Assembly (NCBI RefSeq): GCF_037042905.1 | Contig: NC_087251.1 | Coordinates: 26,290,001-26,354,000 of the forward strand | Length of the DNA stretch: 64,000 bases | Direction: 5' to 3' | DNA from: Lytechinus pictus | Lineage: Eukaryota | In this document: in pieces, positions 26,301 through 40,600 of the stretch | How the letters are laid out: every line of letters starts with the position of its first letter | How positions within the stretch are numbered: the stretch's first letter is position 1 | Translations under genes and position numbers: made by a program | The notes under the pieces: generated by a model | Told to the model about the DNA's origin: nothing | Seen by the model: only the letters and a program-made list of their open reading frames with translations | Database searches by the model: none

Positions 26301-27649
26301 CCCTTCATTTCTTTCATTTTTTGTTGTTGCTAACGATGCATTTACACTATAAAATTATAATTTAAATAAGAGAAAGGAATATAGCTTGTACTTGTGATAT
26401 AATATATAAATATCCTGTTCTCAGAGATTTCTAACCAAAAATACTACTGATGTCGCCTATGAGGTCCATACATGTAGCTACAATTGTCAATCCGTGGCAA
26501 CAAACTACATAATAAGACAAATATATTTACCTTTTCATTGATTTTTCAAGGAGGTTTTATTCTTAATGTTAGACCAATTAAATCAAAACTTTCTAAGACA
26601 GAATTATAAATCGCTACCCATCATTGCATTTGCAAAACAAACACTTTCAGGACATATTCATTTACTCACGTGTAAATCAGTGTATGGGACTGTAGTATAC
26701 CGGTACTATCGTCATTTTATGACATGTTCGTCTTGCTCTTGCTGCCTCTTTGATAACTGAATAACAGCTACTGGTATTCCACACGATGGAGAAAATACGA
26801 AATAAAACGTGTATTGAAACAATCGACCGATATCTGTAAACAGTTAGAAACAAATACCCCAGAGCAAGCCCATGTCGCTAGGTCTATTTATTCCGAGGAC
26901 CTCCTAGCGTCTCATTTCTATGGCAATGAATTCCGTCTGTGCCTCATTTTTCATTCGACTCCGTCTATTCTAGTACTAGTAGTACTTATAGTACAGTCTG
27001 TGTGTACGTGTACGTACGTGTACTGTGTACGTATACTCACGTCCCTAGCTAGCTAGCTGTCTAAACTTTATCTTTTATTTTAGATTCGTTTTCACACATG
27101 TTTGCTTTTTGGGAAGGGAGGGGGGGGGGGGGGTGGTACCAGGAAGTGATTAGTTTGAAACCAATCCAGTTTGAATTAAAAAAAAAGGATAATTGTAAAG
27201 TCCCCAATGCCAGAATAAACAAGTAAACAAATGAATGAATGAACAAACGAATAAATGGATGGATTGATGAATGAATTATTTAATGAAGAAAAAGATTAAT
27301 AAACCTGCTCTAGTTGGTACATTTATGTGCCTCCTCCTTTTCTTCTAAGTGTTATAAGCTCCTCCCCAGCCCCTCTTCCCCCGACTCGTTCCGCATTCTT
27401 AATTCTTCTTTTCAACATATGTTTGGGGGAGGCTATTTTATCATTTTGTGATTGGGAGAAAAAAAATTGTTACATACTTTTCGCAACTATGTAAAATGCT
27501 TAATATACCTCTGTATATTGAAATATGTGTTGTTGCAGAAATCTTAAATTCATGCCCGCGTACTCACCCCCCCCCCCTCCCGGCCAGCCTCTCACTTCCC
27601 TTCCTCTCTCCCTCTTTGTTCCCCAATCTATCCTTCCAGAGATGTATTA

Positions 27650-27860
27650 CAGGCCTACCAACCTGTAAACATACAAAGTAGGAGTGATTCATTGAAAAAA
27701 TAGGAGTTACAGCATATTTCCCATAGATGACTATACATAATATCTGGACAAAAAAGGAATTTTCTCTCCCTATATGATAAAATGTAACTTTAAAATCCCC
27801 CCCCCAAAAAAAAAAAAAAATGGAGTAACTCCTTTAAGAAAAGAGTAGTTAGCAGGCCTG
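27650..27860. mobile_element. hAT-like MITE with 6-bp TSD
   Basis: TIR CAGGCCTACCAAC vs CAGGCCTGCTAAC; GTATTA directly flanks both ends (27644-27649, 27861-27866). Confidence 0.75.
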
Positions 27861-27919
27861 GTATTATTATTCCCCTCTCCTTCTCACTGTTCTCCTTTTC
27901 TGGGTCTTTCTCTTTCTTT

Positions 27920-28140
27920 TCTCACCAACTCTTCCCTTCCCACAGCTGTTTTATCACTTCTCCTTTGCATTCTTTTCCTTTTGTCTTGGTCTCTGTCTCT
28001 CCTCACCCACTCTCTCCTTCCCCGAGCTGTTTAATCACTTCTCCTTTGCATTATTTTCCTTGTCTTGGTCTCTGACCCCCTCTGTCTCCCCTCACCAACT
28101 CTCTCCTTCCAAGAGCCATTATCATCCCTTCTCCTTCATT
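27920..28140 (+). repeat. Pyrimidine-rich ~80-bp tandem repeat, ~2.5 copies
   Basis: CTCACC.ACTCT..CCTTCC..AGCTGTTT.ATCACTTCTCCTTTGCATT..GTCTTGGTCTCTG recurs. Confidence 0.75.
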
Positions 28141-29927
28141 TCTCAGTTTCTATTTTCCCTTCTTATCTCCCAATCTCTCTCATAACGATTCTCCTTAATG
28201 TCAATTTACTTTCTTCTCCCTCCTGTTCCCTCTCTCTATCAGTTCTCTTAAAAACAATATTTGATGTCCTCAAATCCATACAGTCAGAAATTCTGTCAGT
28301 GAAATGTAATATCAAAAAGTGGTTCCACACACTTAAAAAAAATATAAATCAATGGGATTTCTTTTAAACAAATATCAATAAAACATATTGCCCCTTTCAT
28401 ACTTGTGTATTTTCTTCCACTCTCATTTATCCAATCCCAGTGTTTTTCAAAATGAAACAAATATTTCCTAGTGCATTACATTAAGTTAGTGTTCATCATT
28501 TCCAAGGTCTCATTTCATCGAGTGTCCACACAACATCAGCATCACTTTCACATCCATCACACTCAACTTTACATAATGATTTTTGAATCATGACAAAAAC
28601 TGCTACACAAGTAAACAAAGATTGGTTCATTTTTGGTCTTTATGTATTAAAACAGATTTTCATACTGCAAATATTTTCAAGTAGGCTTGCAGTTCTATCA
28701 TCACATGGAAAGATATTCACAAAAATACAATATTATATCTTACATACTAAATGTACATTTACACATATTTGACATTGGGACAGAAATTATACAGCAAACA
28801 GAAATTTTGATTATGAGAATGATCAGAATGATATAGAATGAAATCAACACTAACATAATCTAATTAATAATTTCTAGTCAAGGGAGTAATAATTTTAATG
28901 CCATTCAGTATATATCAACAAAAAGCTATATCCATTAAGAACTCAAGGCATTATCATCTACATTATATAATCATAATTAGAAAATAAATAATGATTGGAA
29001 ACTGAAACAAAATTGTACATTTCATAGCATGATTTATATCGTACATGATAAAGATCATACAAATATATATATATAAAGATATATTTCTTTAGTTTTTATA
29101 TGTACATAGTTCCCTGATGAAACGATGCATAGATGTCATATGGGAAACATTGATTTTGCAATGCAAGGTTTGTCATCCTTCATCAACATGTATTTTAAAA
29201 AGAATGCTGAAAACAATCGTTTTTCAGACTATTGGTCCTGCTTCATAATGACACAACACGCTTATTCTCCATCATTCACATTTGCTCCTTTAATATATCA
29301 TCACACACATAGATTATGCTCATTTTCATTATTACATTCTCTAACACGATAACTTCCCTAAAAAAGACTCTCATTAAAAAAATTAATTAACAGGATGAAC
29401 CATGTCATAAGTGTTGGACTGCCCCAAGAAGGGTACCACATTCATACATTGCGATATATTTCAGGTATCCCTAACAAGTAAATTATATTATACTATGGTG
29501 TATGATTGGATAGCACATGCAAGAACAAATGAAAACTACATCGCAAGGTTCTAATGATGATAAGGGTGCATAATGATGAATGCCAGCAATGTCCATCTAT
29601 CAAATAAAATGCTGCCATTAATGTCATAATCATGTACAGGCCTACCACTTGACCTAATGTTCAGGACTTGATATGTGCCTTCATACTCACAATACATAAA
29701 TGCACTATATCCAATGTTTAAAACAACTCAGTGAAATCTATCCACTCCTCATCAAGAGAGCAACACTCTAAACTCTTTAAACGCCCCCCAATAAAAAATG
29801 TAACTATTTTCATGGAAATATTTTGAATATAACAGATGTTCTTTGTATCAAACATGAATAGTTAAGTATGAATATATCCTCCAAATATCAAGAAAAATGA
29901 ATGGACCTTCAAGATCAAATTAAGAAA

Positions 29928-30185
29928 GAATTTGCTTGAGTTGAGGGTTTTCTTTAAGCAACAGAGAATGACCAAGAGTTTTGAGTTAATGCTCCCCTCT
30001 CCAGGTCATCAAATGAACGTCTAGGATCTAAGTAAACAAGGATTTGCTAGAGGGTTTTCTTTTTCATGCAACACAGAATGACCAGTCAACACGCAAGCTT
30101 TTGAGTATTATGCCCTCCTCTACAGGTAACCAAATGGACGTCTAGGATCTAAATGAAGAAGGATTTGCTTGAGGACTTTCTTTTG
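29928..30185 (+). repeat. ~120-bp diverged tandem duplication
   Basis: ATTTGCT..GAGGGTTTTCTTT..AGAATGACCA..CAAATGRACGTCTAGGATCTAA occurs twice, plus a third partial copy. Confidence 0.8.
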
Positions 30186-32201
30186 TTCTTGTAATGGAGC
30201 AGACAGGATGTCAGCATAGCGCAGGGAGGTGGAAGATTAAAAGGGTCAGATATGAATCTTGCTTTTTCTTCACCTTCAGGCTTGAGTCTTTCCTACCAAA
30301 CCCATGACAGTTCAAATCAGTTTACAGCAAAATAAATAGAGTCCATCCAGTCTGGATTCTGTGGTCCCAAGAAATTGTAGTTACCAATATATTAGGCAGT
30401 TCAACATGTTGTTAACTTTAAGTATTTAAGCTAAATTTCTTCTGACCATCAAAATCTATTCAATCTACTTTTTGAAAATAGGGAAATAAGTAAATGCATT
30501 ATCGGGGTCTGACAATAATAAAAGCATGTTTCACAAGAGGGCTTAGTTTTACAACTGACTTGCTTTGTTCATTACATGTATTAAATTAATCATAAAAATA
30601 AGTTGTATGATGGATTGATTGCTATTAAAGCTGTCTAATACAGGGCACTAATCTGAAAATGAAGTTGACTTGGGCCATTATTCAACTTATGCTGAGTCAA
30701 CATAAGGAAGACTATTTTTTTATTATACAAATAAATGATAGGATACCAATACAATCAGCATAGTGGAGAAACCAATGGTTAAATACATGTAATTGTGTAT
30801 TGCAATCATATGTTTTGAAGAGTGAAGACACCACAATATGTAATGCCAGATTTAATAAATAATCTTGGTATTAAAACTTTTACTTGAACTTAGTAAGAAT
30901 ACCCCTTTGTTTTTTAAATTGAATTATGAATATAAAAAAAGTGCTATAATCTTGAAAGGATGTATCGTCTGCAAGGAGTTCTTATCATTTTGTCATTTCT
31001 ACATACTTGTTCCATGAATAGCATGTTTGACAGACATGGTAAGGCAGAGCCTGATCACATGATCTCATATTGGCATGAAGAATGTTGATGAAATATCAAG
31101 GATATCTCCTTAATCCAATGTCTTCAAACCATTTCCAACTTTCCTTTTGTTCACTCAGAACATGATTTCATTCCTGTACAACAGTGCAATACAGTAAATT
31201 GAACATACAATTGCTATTCATGTAGTACATACTACACAAGGAGAGTTGAACACAGTAGTTTCAGTTTCTATCAACCTTTAAAGTAAGATTCTTCTACCTC
31301 TTAAGTTAAGTAGATTCTAACCCTAAATTAAGTAAGTTTCCAACCTAGACATTAAGTAGGCATAATTTCATCTCATTCAAACCACACAATTTATGGACGT
31401 TGGTTGGCTACAGATATTAGCTGCAAAACATGGGAAAATTACTTCTTCTAAAATCACAACTTGCACTGTAAATGCAATCATCATGTAATTCAATTTAAAC
31501 TTTAAATAGGTTTTATTTACTGTAAGTGACATTAAGTGCATTGATTAAAAGGGTCAATTTCAGCAGTAACTATGAGCTGTTTCTGAGATAACCAATACTT
31601 TAAGATAGAGATCATATGACTTGACAAATTTCTTCATTTCATTCAATATAACTGATACACAACCTCAGCATTCCTAAGAGTCTTTCACAGTTTGTCTCAC
31701 CTGACAATAATTTCCTGAACTATACTGTTGAAGTTCCTCTCCAAAAGGGTGTGTGTTCTTAAGTCTAAAGAATTCAGTTTAAGAATAAACTTGTTTGAAT
31801 CTTAAAAATAAATCTAAACCCTTTATTTTTCTAGACTCAAGGTAAAAGGAAAATATCCTATTTCAATTCATTGACAAGGATAAAAATATATCAAAATACA
31901 TAATAACAATAGCAAAACATATGTTACATTGGTTCTTGTGTATTAGTGAAGATGTCACTAATTAATATTTTCCTCATAATGAATGTATGATACTGCTCAT
32001 GCTCCACTCCTGGGGAGTATAATAATTCAGTTATCCAATCAGCAGCAATATTTCATTAGTTTCTGCCCAGCAGATAGTATGAAAATTTATGAACCATTAA
32101 CCGTTCATAGTGACCTTGTAATAAACATATGGATTTTCTTTCATAGCGCAACAAACTCCTACGCAAGGTGCTGGCAGTGCTCCAATATTATCCCACATTT
32201 A

Positions 32202-32358
32202 GGCCCTACAACACAAAGGTTTGTGATTAATCTAATGATTGTAACAATGAGTATGATTGGTGGATGGTTATTATTTTAAGAAGTAAGTGTATGAAACAAT
32301 AATTTTGATTGGCCATTGCCATTCTGTGATTAATCACAAGTCTTTTTGATACAGGGCC
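32202..32358. mobile_element. Degenerate MITE
   Basis: GGCCCT..A.CA.AAAG..TTGTGATTAATC inverted at both ends. Confidence 0.6.
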
Positions 32359-34349
32359 AAGCTCTGCACAAGATTTAAGTACTTCATTCTCATTGGTAAT
32401 CATTTAATGCCCAGTTTGGGAGTGGCAAACATAGATTGATGTCTTTCAAAGGACTTCAAATTTGCAATAAAGCCTTGTATCCTGACTTGTTATATAATTC
32501 ATGCTGGATTTCAGTTGTGTGCAACTAACAAGTAGCTTTATGAAATGTCCTACAGAAATATGAGAGTTTTTGTACTAAATTACATTATCATAAAGATATG
32601 TATGACTCAACATTACCAATCATGAAATGGTCCTGTGGTACCTTGTATGGGAAAAAAATCATCAAGCAATTCTTGTTACTTGCACACTTTTACAAGCACA
32701 AGCAAAATGATTCTTTCAAATGATTTTTTTCAGGGCTTTATCTTACCACTATATAAAAGCTTTTACATAGCATGTATTGAGGTCATGTAGCTCAAATTTT
32801 CAAAGTTACCAAATCACTTAATATTGCAGAAGCTGCTTAAAGCTACAAAAAAGCATGCCTATACAGTATCTCACTGCATGAATGAACCAAACTCATGTCA
32901 TTGCAGTTCATAGACCTTCATCTATAAGTAGAACATTCAGTTATAATCTCTGATTATGTTAAATCATTTCCCATGGTTGTTGCAAAGAAATTTATTTCAA
33001 GATTGATTCATTTTCAGAAGTCAACCCCAAGCATATCTACTGGTTGTCTACCTATCTGTCACAATGATCTTCCAAGCCCTTAATCCACATCCCTATGATT
33101 TCCCCAAGGATTAACTAATCCAGACTTTTGGATCATCACATCATGGTGACTAAAAAGACAGACAAAGAACAATAAGCTGAGCATTGCCCCCAAATGTTGT
33201 TCCTGCTTCAACCAAGAATGGCTGTTCATCAACAAACTTGCATTATATTGGATTTAAAGGTTTCTTGTAAGAATACATATCAACATAGTATAATAATTTG
33301 CCACTTACAATAAAACAGTCTTCATGGGTTATCGTTTCAAAATGGCACTGAAACTTCATGTTTACAGAAGTTTGTATTTCTCAGAGTATCAGTCTCCCAA
33401 TAACTGTACCCAATGTAATTTATTTATTAAGTACTTTGGGGCTTATGGAGAAAGGGTAGTATATCTGTACATAGCATACTAATAATACACTATTGTTACT
33501 ATACATAGCATAGTAATAATAATAAACTGAGCAGAGTATCTTGTATCTGAAACTGAAATCATGAAACTTTATCAATGACAACCTCCAATGAAACTTGCTA
33601 TCAAATTTGCCTGGCTGATGATCAAATTTGCCTGGCTGATGGTAAAATTGCCAACAAAGCATATTTCTTATAAAAAGTCTTATGAAATATTTCACTAATT
33701 CAACTTCCGAAAACAAAAAGGTACAGTATGCCATTGATGCTAAGGATCTTTTTATAATGTGTTTCCACTGTTATTTGAACATACTTTATAAGTCCTAAAT
33801 AGAGTATTTCCAACTGACAATAAATAATAAGGTTAAAAAAAAATCACCACCATCTCATAAGTCACAATAAATAACCAGCCATTTGTGGTCAACATTATGG
33901 AGAAAGCACTGAAATTGAATATTTTTTAAAATACACATGTAAGTCTGTATTTGTGACCCTCACCTCTAAAGTGGAAAAGGCATTTGGCGCACAGAAGGCA
34001 GGGAATCTAAAGATGTGACACACCAATTTACAATTTGGAAAAATTATTCAACAGTTTATCAGATCGACACAATGATAGTACAATAAACCCTGTTAAGAAG
34101 ACCACATAGGGAGACTACAAACATTGTCTACATGCCTAAGAGTATAAGGTGGTCTATTCAGGTTCTTTCTAAATGTTTCTAAATGAGAAACAAAATTATC
34201 ACCTGAAATATGAATGGTAGATATGTGGTTCTTTTACATAGGTGATCATCAAAGCATGTTTAAAATTATTTGGCAATGTGATGGTTTAGAGACCAGGATT
34301 ATTATCAGGACAATCAGGCTCAAGGATCAAGTGCTGAGGATATCCACAG

Positions 34350-34560
34350 GCCATCGAAGACCACAGATGGTCATGAAAAGATGCGATTCTTTCCATGAGA
34401 ATCAAGAAGCAAGGAGCAAGTTTCATACGTCGATGACATCCATGAGCTCTCAAAGACCACAGATGGTTGTGTACAGTTCAGAATCTTTCCAGGATTATGA
34501 TGAAACTGGGAACAACTGTTGATGACATCTATGAAGCTCTCAAAGACCACATATGCCACA
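34350..34560 (+). repeat. ~90-95-bp diverged tandem repeat in the SIPA1L-like 3' UTR
   Basis: AAGACCACAKATG three times; GATGACATCYATGA..GCTCTC twice. Confidence 0.7.
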
Positions 34561-34636
34561 GGCTAGACTGTCTGTATTACTATACCAACAGGGAACATCA
34601 GTGTTCTAAGTTCTTTTCTAAGATCAGAAGGATAAG

Positions 34637-37600
34637 CTACTTGACTGGTTTATCCCCTTGGTAAATCCAATCCTTGATCTGTTTGAGTTGGACTGCTGCG
34701 GATGCAGATTCACCTTGCAACCTCATGCGTTCATCCTGGAGTTGGCTGATTTTGCTCTGCATGTCTTCCTTCTGTTTGCGTTCCTGGGGTTAAAAGAGGG
34801 GGGAAATAGACAATCATATTTAGGGGATTTGAAGTAGCCTGTAGTAAAGCAAAGGTTGGGAAACTGGGGATGGGGATCATGTTATGTCATCATGTTAAAA
34901 AACAAAAACAATAGTACATGAGTATTGCAATATATTTTGCGATATGTAGTGTAGAAAGTTCTCACTTTCAATATCAAATTAGTACAAATTTTATACTTTA
35001 CATTTCAAAAGATATTTCTTTCTTTTTCAACAGAATTTAGTTTTCATTTTCTAAACACAAATTTGAAAATTACACATCCTCATCACAATTTAAAAACAAA
35101 TACAGATATGTGAAAACACATTTAAAAACAAAATAAACAGACATACACACGCCCCAAAATGCACACTCATTTTTTTTTTCTTTTTCCTTGTCTATCTCTT
35201 TTCAATCAATATGAATACTCTTTTTAAAGCCATTGCATTAAATTCACTCAACAAAATGATTAAACCATGCACTATATGTATTTGTTTGTATTCTCCAAGG
35301 AAGAATGTTATATTTTTTTGAGCCACACCTAGAACTTTAAGCTTGCGTGTCTTATCTGCTTAATGCACATGAAGAGGGGTCATAATTCATGTATTATTCA
35401 TATATGATTCAGATCCTATACAATTATCCTACTCATAATCACCAAGCAGGAACATATTTTGTGTCCAATCCAATCTTGTCATAAATAATGTTAATCAATT
35501 GCTAGGCTTTTGAATTACTGAGCCCAGAGTAACAGCAGGGTCCTTCCACAATAACTTTGCCTTTTCCTTCCATTCAAAATGTTAAGCCTTTTGTTCTCCT
35601 AATTTGCTTTCATATATATTTGGTGTTGACAGAATCTGCACTTACAGTAGGTAGTACATTATTTTTTGGGAAAAGAAAAACTCTTATGCCCCCACCATTC
35701 AAAACTTCCTATGAATCACATGTTCTCCATGAACTATTTTGGTATATCAAGGTACATTAAGACTTTTTAGGCAAACCAAAATGTTGGCTGTAATGAATGA
35801 AGTTGAGACTTATTTCCTGAATATGAAGCATAAATGTTAGAGCCTCTCCTTCACTGCACCTTGGAACGAGGCGACCTATGTCTGCTACTTAGAGGCCCAC
35901 TCAAGAAAGGAGTAACAATTTTCATTAAAAACATTCAACATTTCTGATCTGTTGTACCTCAAGGTTTACAAAGTCTATTGTTCCAAACTCAATCCCAGCT
36001 TCCGACAACATTAATTAATGAAGTTACTGTAAAAGAAGGCAGACGGAATAATTCAATTAAATCTAACTATCTCGGGGCTTTTTCTTTTCACAAGTTTCCC
36101 TTCCCTGCATATAATATTTACCGCTCAATTAAAAAAAAAATCATATTCCACTTTTTTGGGTTGTTTTCTTGGGTTCTCAGCACTCAAGCCTATTAGCAAA
36201 ATGTAAATGTTTGTCAATAAAAAAAATAATACATCCTTCTATAATGTAAACAATATACATGTCGTTAATTTCCATTTTAATAGTAACCTTCTAATATTAT
36301 TTCAGAGTCTGCATGGGGAAGTATACAGTGGCATAGTCTCTGTCTCCCACAGTTGATATGTGACTAGATAGAACAACCCAATTATGATGCAGTTGATAAA
36401 TCAACCAATCTCACTGAAATCAGCTAAAGAAACATGGTAAGAGATACTAAATTACAAAAAAAAACTTTCACAAAGATAATGTAGCTTCTACATTTACATA
36501 GAAAGGTAAAATGTAGAAATGATTGATAGACAATAAAAGTTCAACTTTTCAAGTAATCTGTTTCTTCATTTTCCATCTAAAAAGAGAAAGTGAGGAAGGT
36601 CTTTGAGTCTTGGCCAGGTCTCTTGAAAAATTATGACTCTTATATTTCATCAAGGCTAATAGTACTCACACAAATATAATCCTACTTTAAGGCAATCTAC
36701 ACATTTTCAATGTCAATAGTTGGAATTATGGAAAGGATTTTAGGCATGTTTTGACAGGAAGTGATCACTTCATGTGTCTCATTATAAACTAAAGTAGGTA
36801 GCCTTAAATTTAATTCAAGGATAATTATTATGTTTTTATATAGCACTGTATACATCAGAATGATGTCTCTAAGCACTTTACAGATAAAGATGGTTATTCA
36901 AAGAATGATATCCCATATCAACTTCAAACAGTATTGTCATTCAAAATTTCCAAATGATTTTGTTTAAATATATTCCCCAAAATTTCTCTCTTACTATTAA
37001 GAGCAATTCATAAAGAAACAATGTTGCTTTGTATTCAATTACCAGTAAATATCTATTTTCAGAGCTCCAAGCACTGTTAAGAATTGGGATCTAGCCAAGT
37101 GATGCCATACTGAATGTTTGTCACACACTGTAGCTCAACCATTTATTTATTTTCTTGTACTATCATTATATACACGCAGCTTATGACTATCATAGACTTT
37201 GCTCTTAGCCAAAATTAAAAGAATGACAAGATGTAAATCCTCTGTATAGTATCTTACTTAGTTTAATATAATATTCTCAGACAGTGTGAAATGGCACCAT
37301 GAAAATGGCATTCTCTTCATTTCATCAAAGTGTTTGCAAGTAGAGGAAGGAAAAAAAATCACAGAATAAGATATTCATCACTCCATTACAAAAAGACCAG
37401 GTATATAAATACAGTATGATGACCCGAAAACCTTCTTTGCAATAAATCTATGGATTATACTGGAAATGTATGTAGGGCCTTTATTTTCGAACAGCATTGG
37501 CTGACACAGATTTGGTGCTCAAGCATTGCTGATTGACAACATTTCGAATTCACCAACATAAAAAAGTAACATTTCACATTTCTAAGACATCTTTCCTGAA

Positions 37601-40600
37601 ATGTTCCAGAGCTTCCGCATTTCTGGATCATCCCTTACGCCTCTGGACTAAACATTTAAGCTCTTTGGCCTTCCCGACTTACCCTCGTTATCCAGACATG
37701 GGGATAAACAGGGGAACACAGGCACATGGGATGAAGGATTAGTGAAGAGATTACCAATGGGGACTAACAGGGAGAGAGTGATGAGTAGTTCTTAACAGGT
37801 CCAGACATATATGTAAGACAAGAACAGATGGGATCTAAGACAATAGGAGCTCTTCAATCCTCATGGCAACTCCACGGTCACATGGAGGTGTTGATTCTGC
37901 TTGTCATCGCCTTGTAAGATGCTTTTGTCTATCTTTGAGGACAACCCTTCTACTTTTGATTCGCCCTACTTTCACAACATTTTCATTTATTTAAAGATGT
38001 GATGAGTAAAACATACATGGCAAGTGATGCTGCTGAACACCATGTGAATCATGTAATTGTCCCTTTCCGACTTTCACGAAATGGATACCATCGAAGAATT
38101 AGATGTCCACTAAAAGGATCTTTAGAGCACTTTCAGTCATTTCCCCTGCTTTTCTCTTTTTAACCCCATACATGGAAATCTAAGCACTTCCAAGCCCAGT
38201 GTGTCCTACCCTCAGTGATTATAAACACTGATTAAATGATCTTGTAGAGCTGTCACTCTTGACAATCGGTCATAAACTTGTGATAATGAACTACACCCCT
38301 GCAGTATTTGATGGACAGTGTCAAAGAAATTTCCCATGAACCTAAGGTGCTGAACTAAATTAGGATTCAGTGCAGTTGCCACTTCTCAAGCACAAGGACT
38401 TCAAGGATTGAATCCCTGCAACTGGTAGTTTGCTATTCCACTTGGGTAGAGTGGCAAATGGAGATAGATTGCCTTGCTAAAGGATATGATGCTAAGGTGT
38501 GATGTGAACCCAATACTTAATGTCTAGAGGATTATCCACTAAACTACAAAATATTGGCATACAACTCTTTACAGGAACTTTAGTTTACATTGGTGAATGA
38601 TGCAGATATCTGAAGACTCAAGTCACAGATATTTTTAGACAGTAATAGTTTTTTCATGACAAGATGCCCCATAATTGAATAAAACAAGTGGTGGAGCTGT
38701 CTATAAAACATCTAATTAATCATGACAAAGATATCCCAGATACAGAATGTGAAATGACAACTGTTAAACCAATTTTAGTACTATCTAACAGGTCAACTGG
38801 TCTAGATTCATCCTTGACAGTGACTTTAAATGTGTATGTCATTCATTTATCTGTCTCTTTCAATTCTGATATCTGAATAGCTTTATATTATTGAATGAGA
38901 CAGGGTAGTACTGTCAACATATTTTGGGAGAGGTAGATGTGCAAAAATTGAGTATTTTAAAATGAAAATACAATGAAAAGACCATCTTAGATATGTTTAG
39001 AAAAATAGCCTTTATGAGCAGGTGGAATTCATTGACAGGTACCTTTTACACATATTTTAAAGGAGAAATATTTGAGGGAAACCCAAATTTTGGTCTCCAT
39101 ACAAACGTTAATCCTTATCATTTACAACTTACTTTTATATTTGACATAGTGTTTTTGCATTGTTGTGTTTTACCTTGTGAATTCATAACACATCCAAAAC
39201 ATACTAAAAATTCTACACTCATTTACACTTAATGAATTAGTGCAAAGTTTGTTTACTTTGTCAACCTTAAAGTGAGCTACATTAAAAAGTCTAAAAACCT
39301 TAAAGTGAGCTGCATTAAAAAGTCTACATACATGCCAACAAACGATATTGTTCTGGTAAACGTTAACCTACAAACGCCTCAATTAATTAAACAACTGCCT
39401 GTATACAGCTGCCAAACTATTGTTGTTTTGCCATCCTTCATATTATTCCTGGAGAAATTGAGCAACCTTGATAAACTTGTTAGCACTATAAAACAAAGGA
39501 ATTCATTGTTTAAAAAAAAACTAAAAATAATAAGAATTAATGCACGATAATTAGAGAGTTGATAAATACAAACAGAAAGCATTAAATCTACATTTTGGCA
39601 AGAATTTTCAATTACCTATCTGAGATATGTTTGGTTCAACAGAAAGTACTAGTACTCATTCTGTAAAAGTTTATACTAAATCCCAAAGACTCGTAACCCT
39701 TTTACTTGTTCCAGTAATTCCCAAAAGCAGTGAGGTCAAAGACAAACAGATTTTGACATCCAAGCACTAACTCATCGCTATTAAAATATTACTCAATAAT
39801 TTCAACAACAACAAAAATAATAATACTGAGGGGAAAATTCTATGAAATCCTGAACCTTATTGACATACTTTCCCCAATACTACATGCCCTCCTTTTTTCT
39901 AATCCTACGACACTCATGTTCTCTCTTCCTCCAAGCGTCATTTCCTCTCAATCACTCATCAATCGTTCCTAGCCCTACCATCACACTGGGTTTGGTGTAT
40001 AACATCCATGACAAACACTTGACATGTCTCTATATACAAAACCCTTCTCATGTTATGTTCACACAAATTTTTCCAAAATTAACTTCCTGGCAAGTAACTT
40101 ACAGAAGATTTTATTGTTGATTGAATCAATGAGGCTGATGTTTGGTATTAGGTTTTTTAACTAAGGTTTGGGCTGAGAAATGGAGTGAGGATAAACTGAT
40201 TTGGCACCTCTTCAATTTAATGTTCAAATCACCATTTCCATGTACCACAGAAAAATGGGGACTTCAGTTTTAAAGTGATATGAACAGGTACCATGTACAC
40301 CAGGGAAAAAAAACTCCTTTCCGAGACGACTTTTTGAGCTTTTTGCTACATTGTATTTCACTTTATATTAGATCCTATGGGAATTTCAAGGACTCTTTAG
40401 GGCATTTGGGGGGCTAATCTGTACACAGATCAATTTTGGTCAAAATCTCCATAGCTGAAGAAATTAAGAGCATGCTTGGAAACCCTAAGAATCAAAACAA
40501 TCCACATAATCACATCATGTGAACAGGTTCCTATAAAAACAGTTAAACTCAAATGTTTTCTTGCTAATTATTGCTAGTATATAGAGGTCTCTGACCTGAT

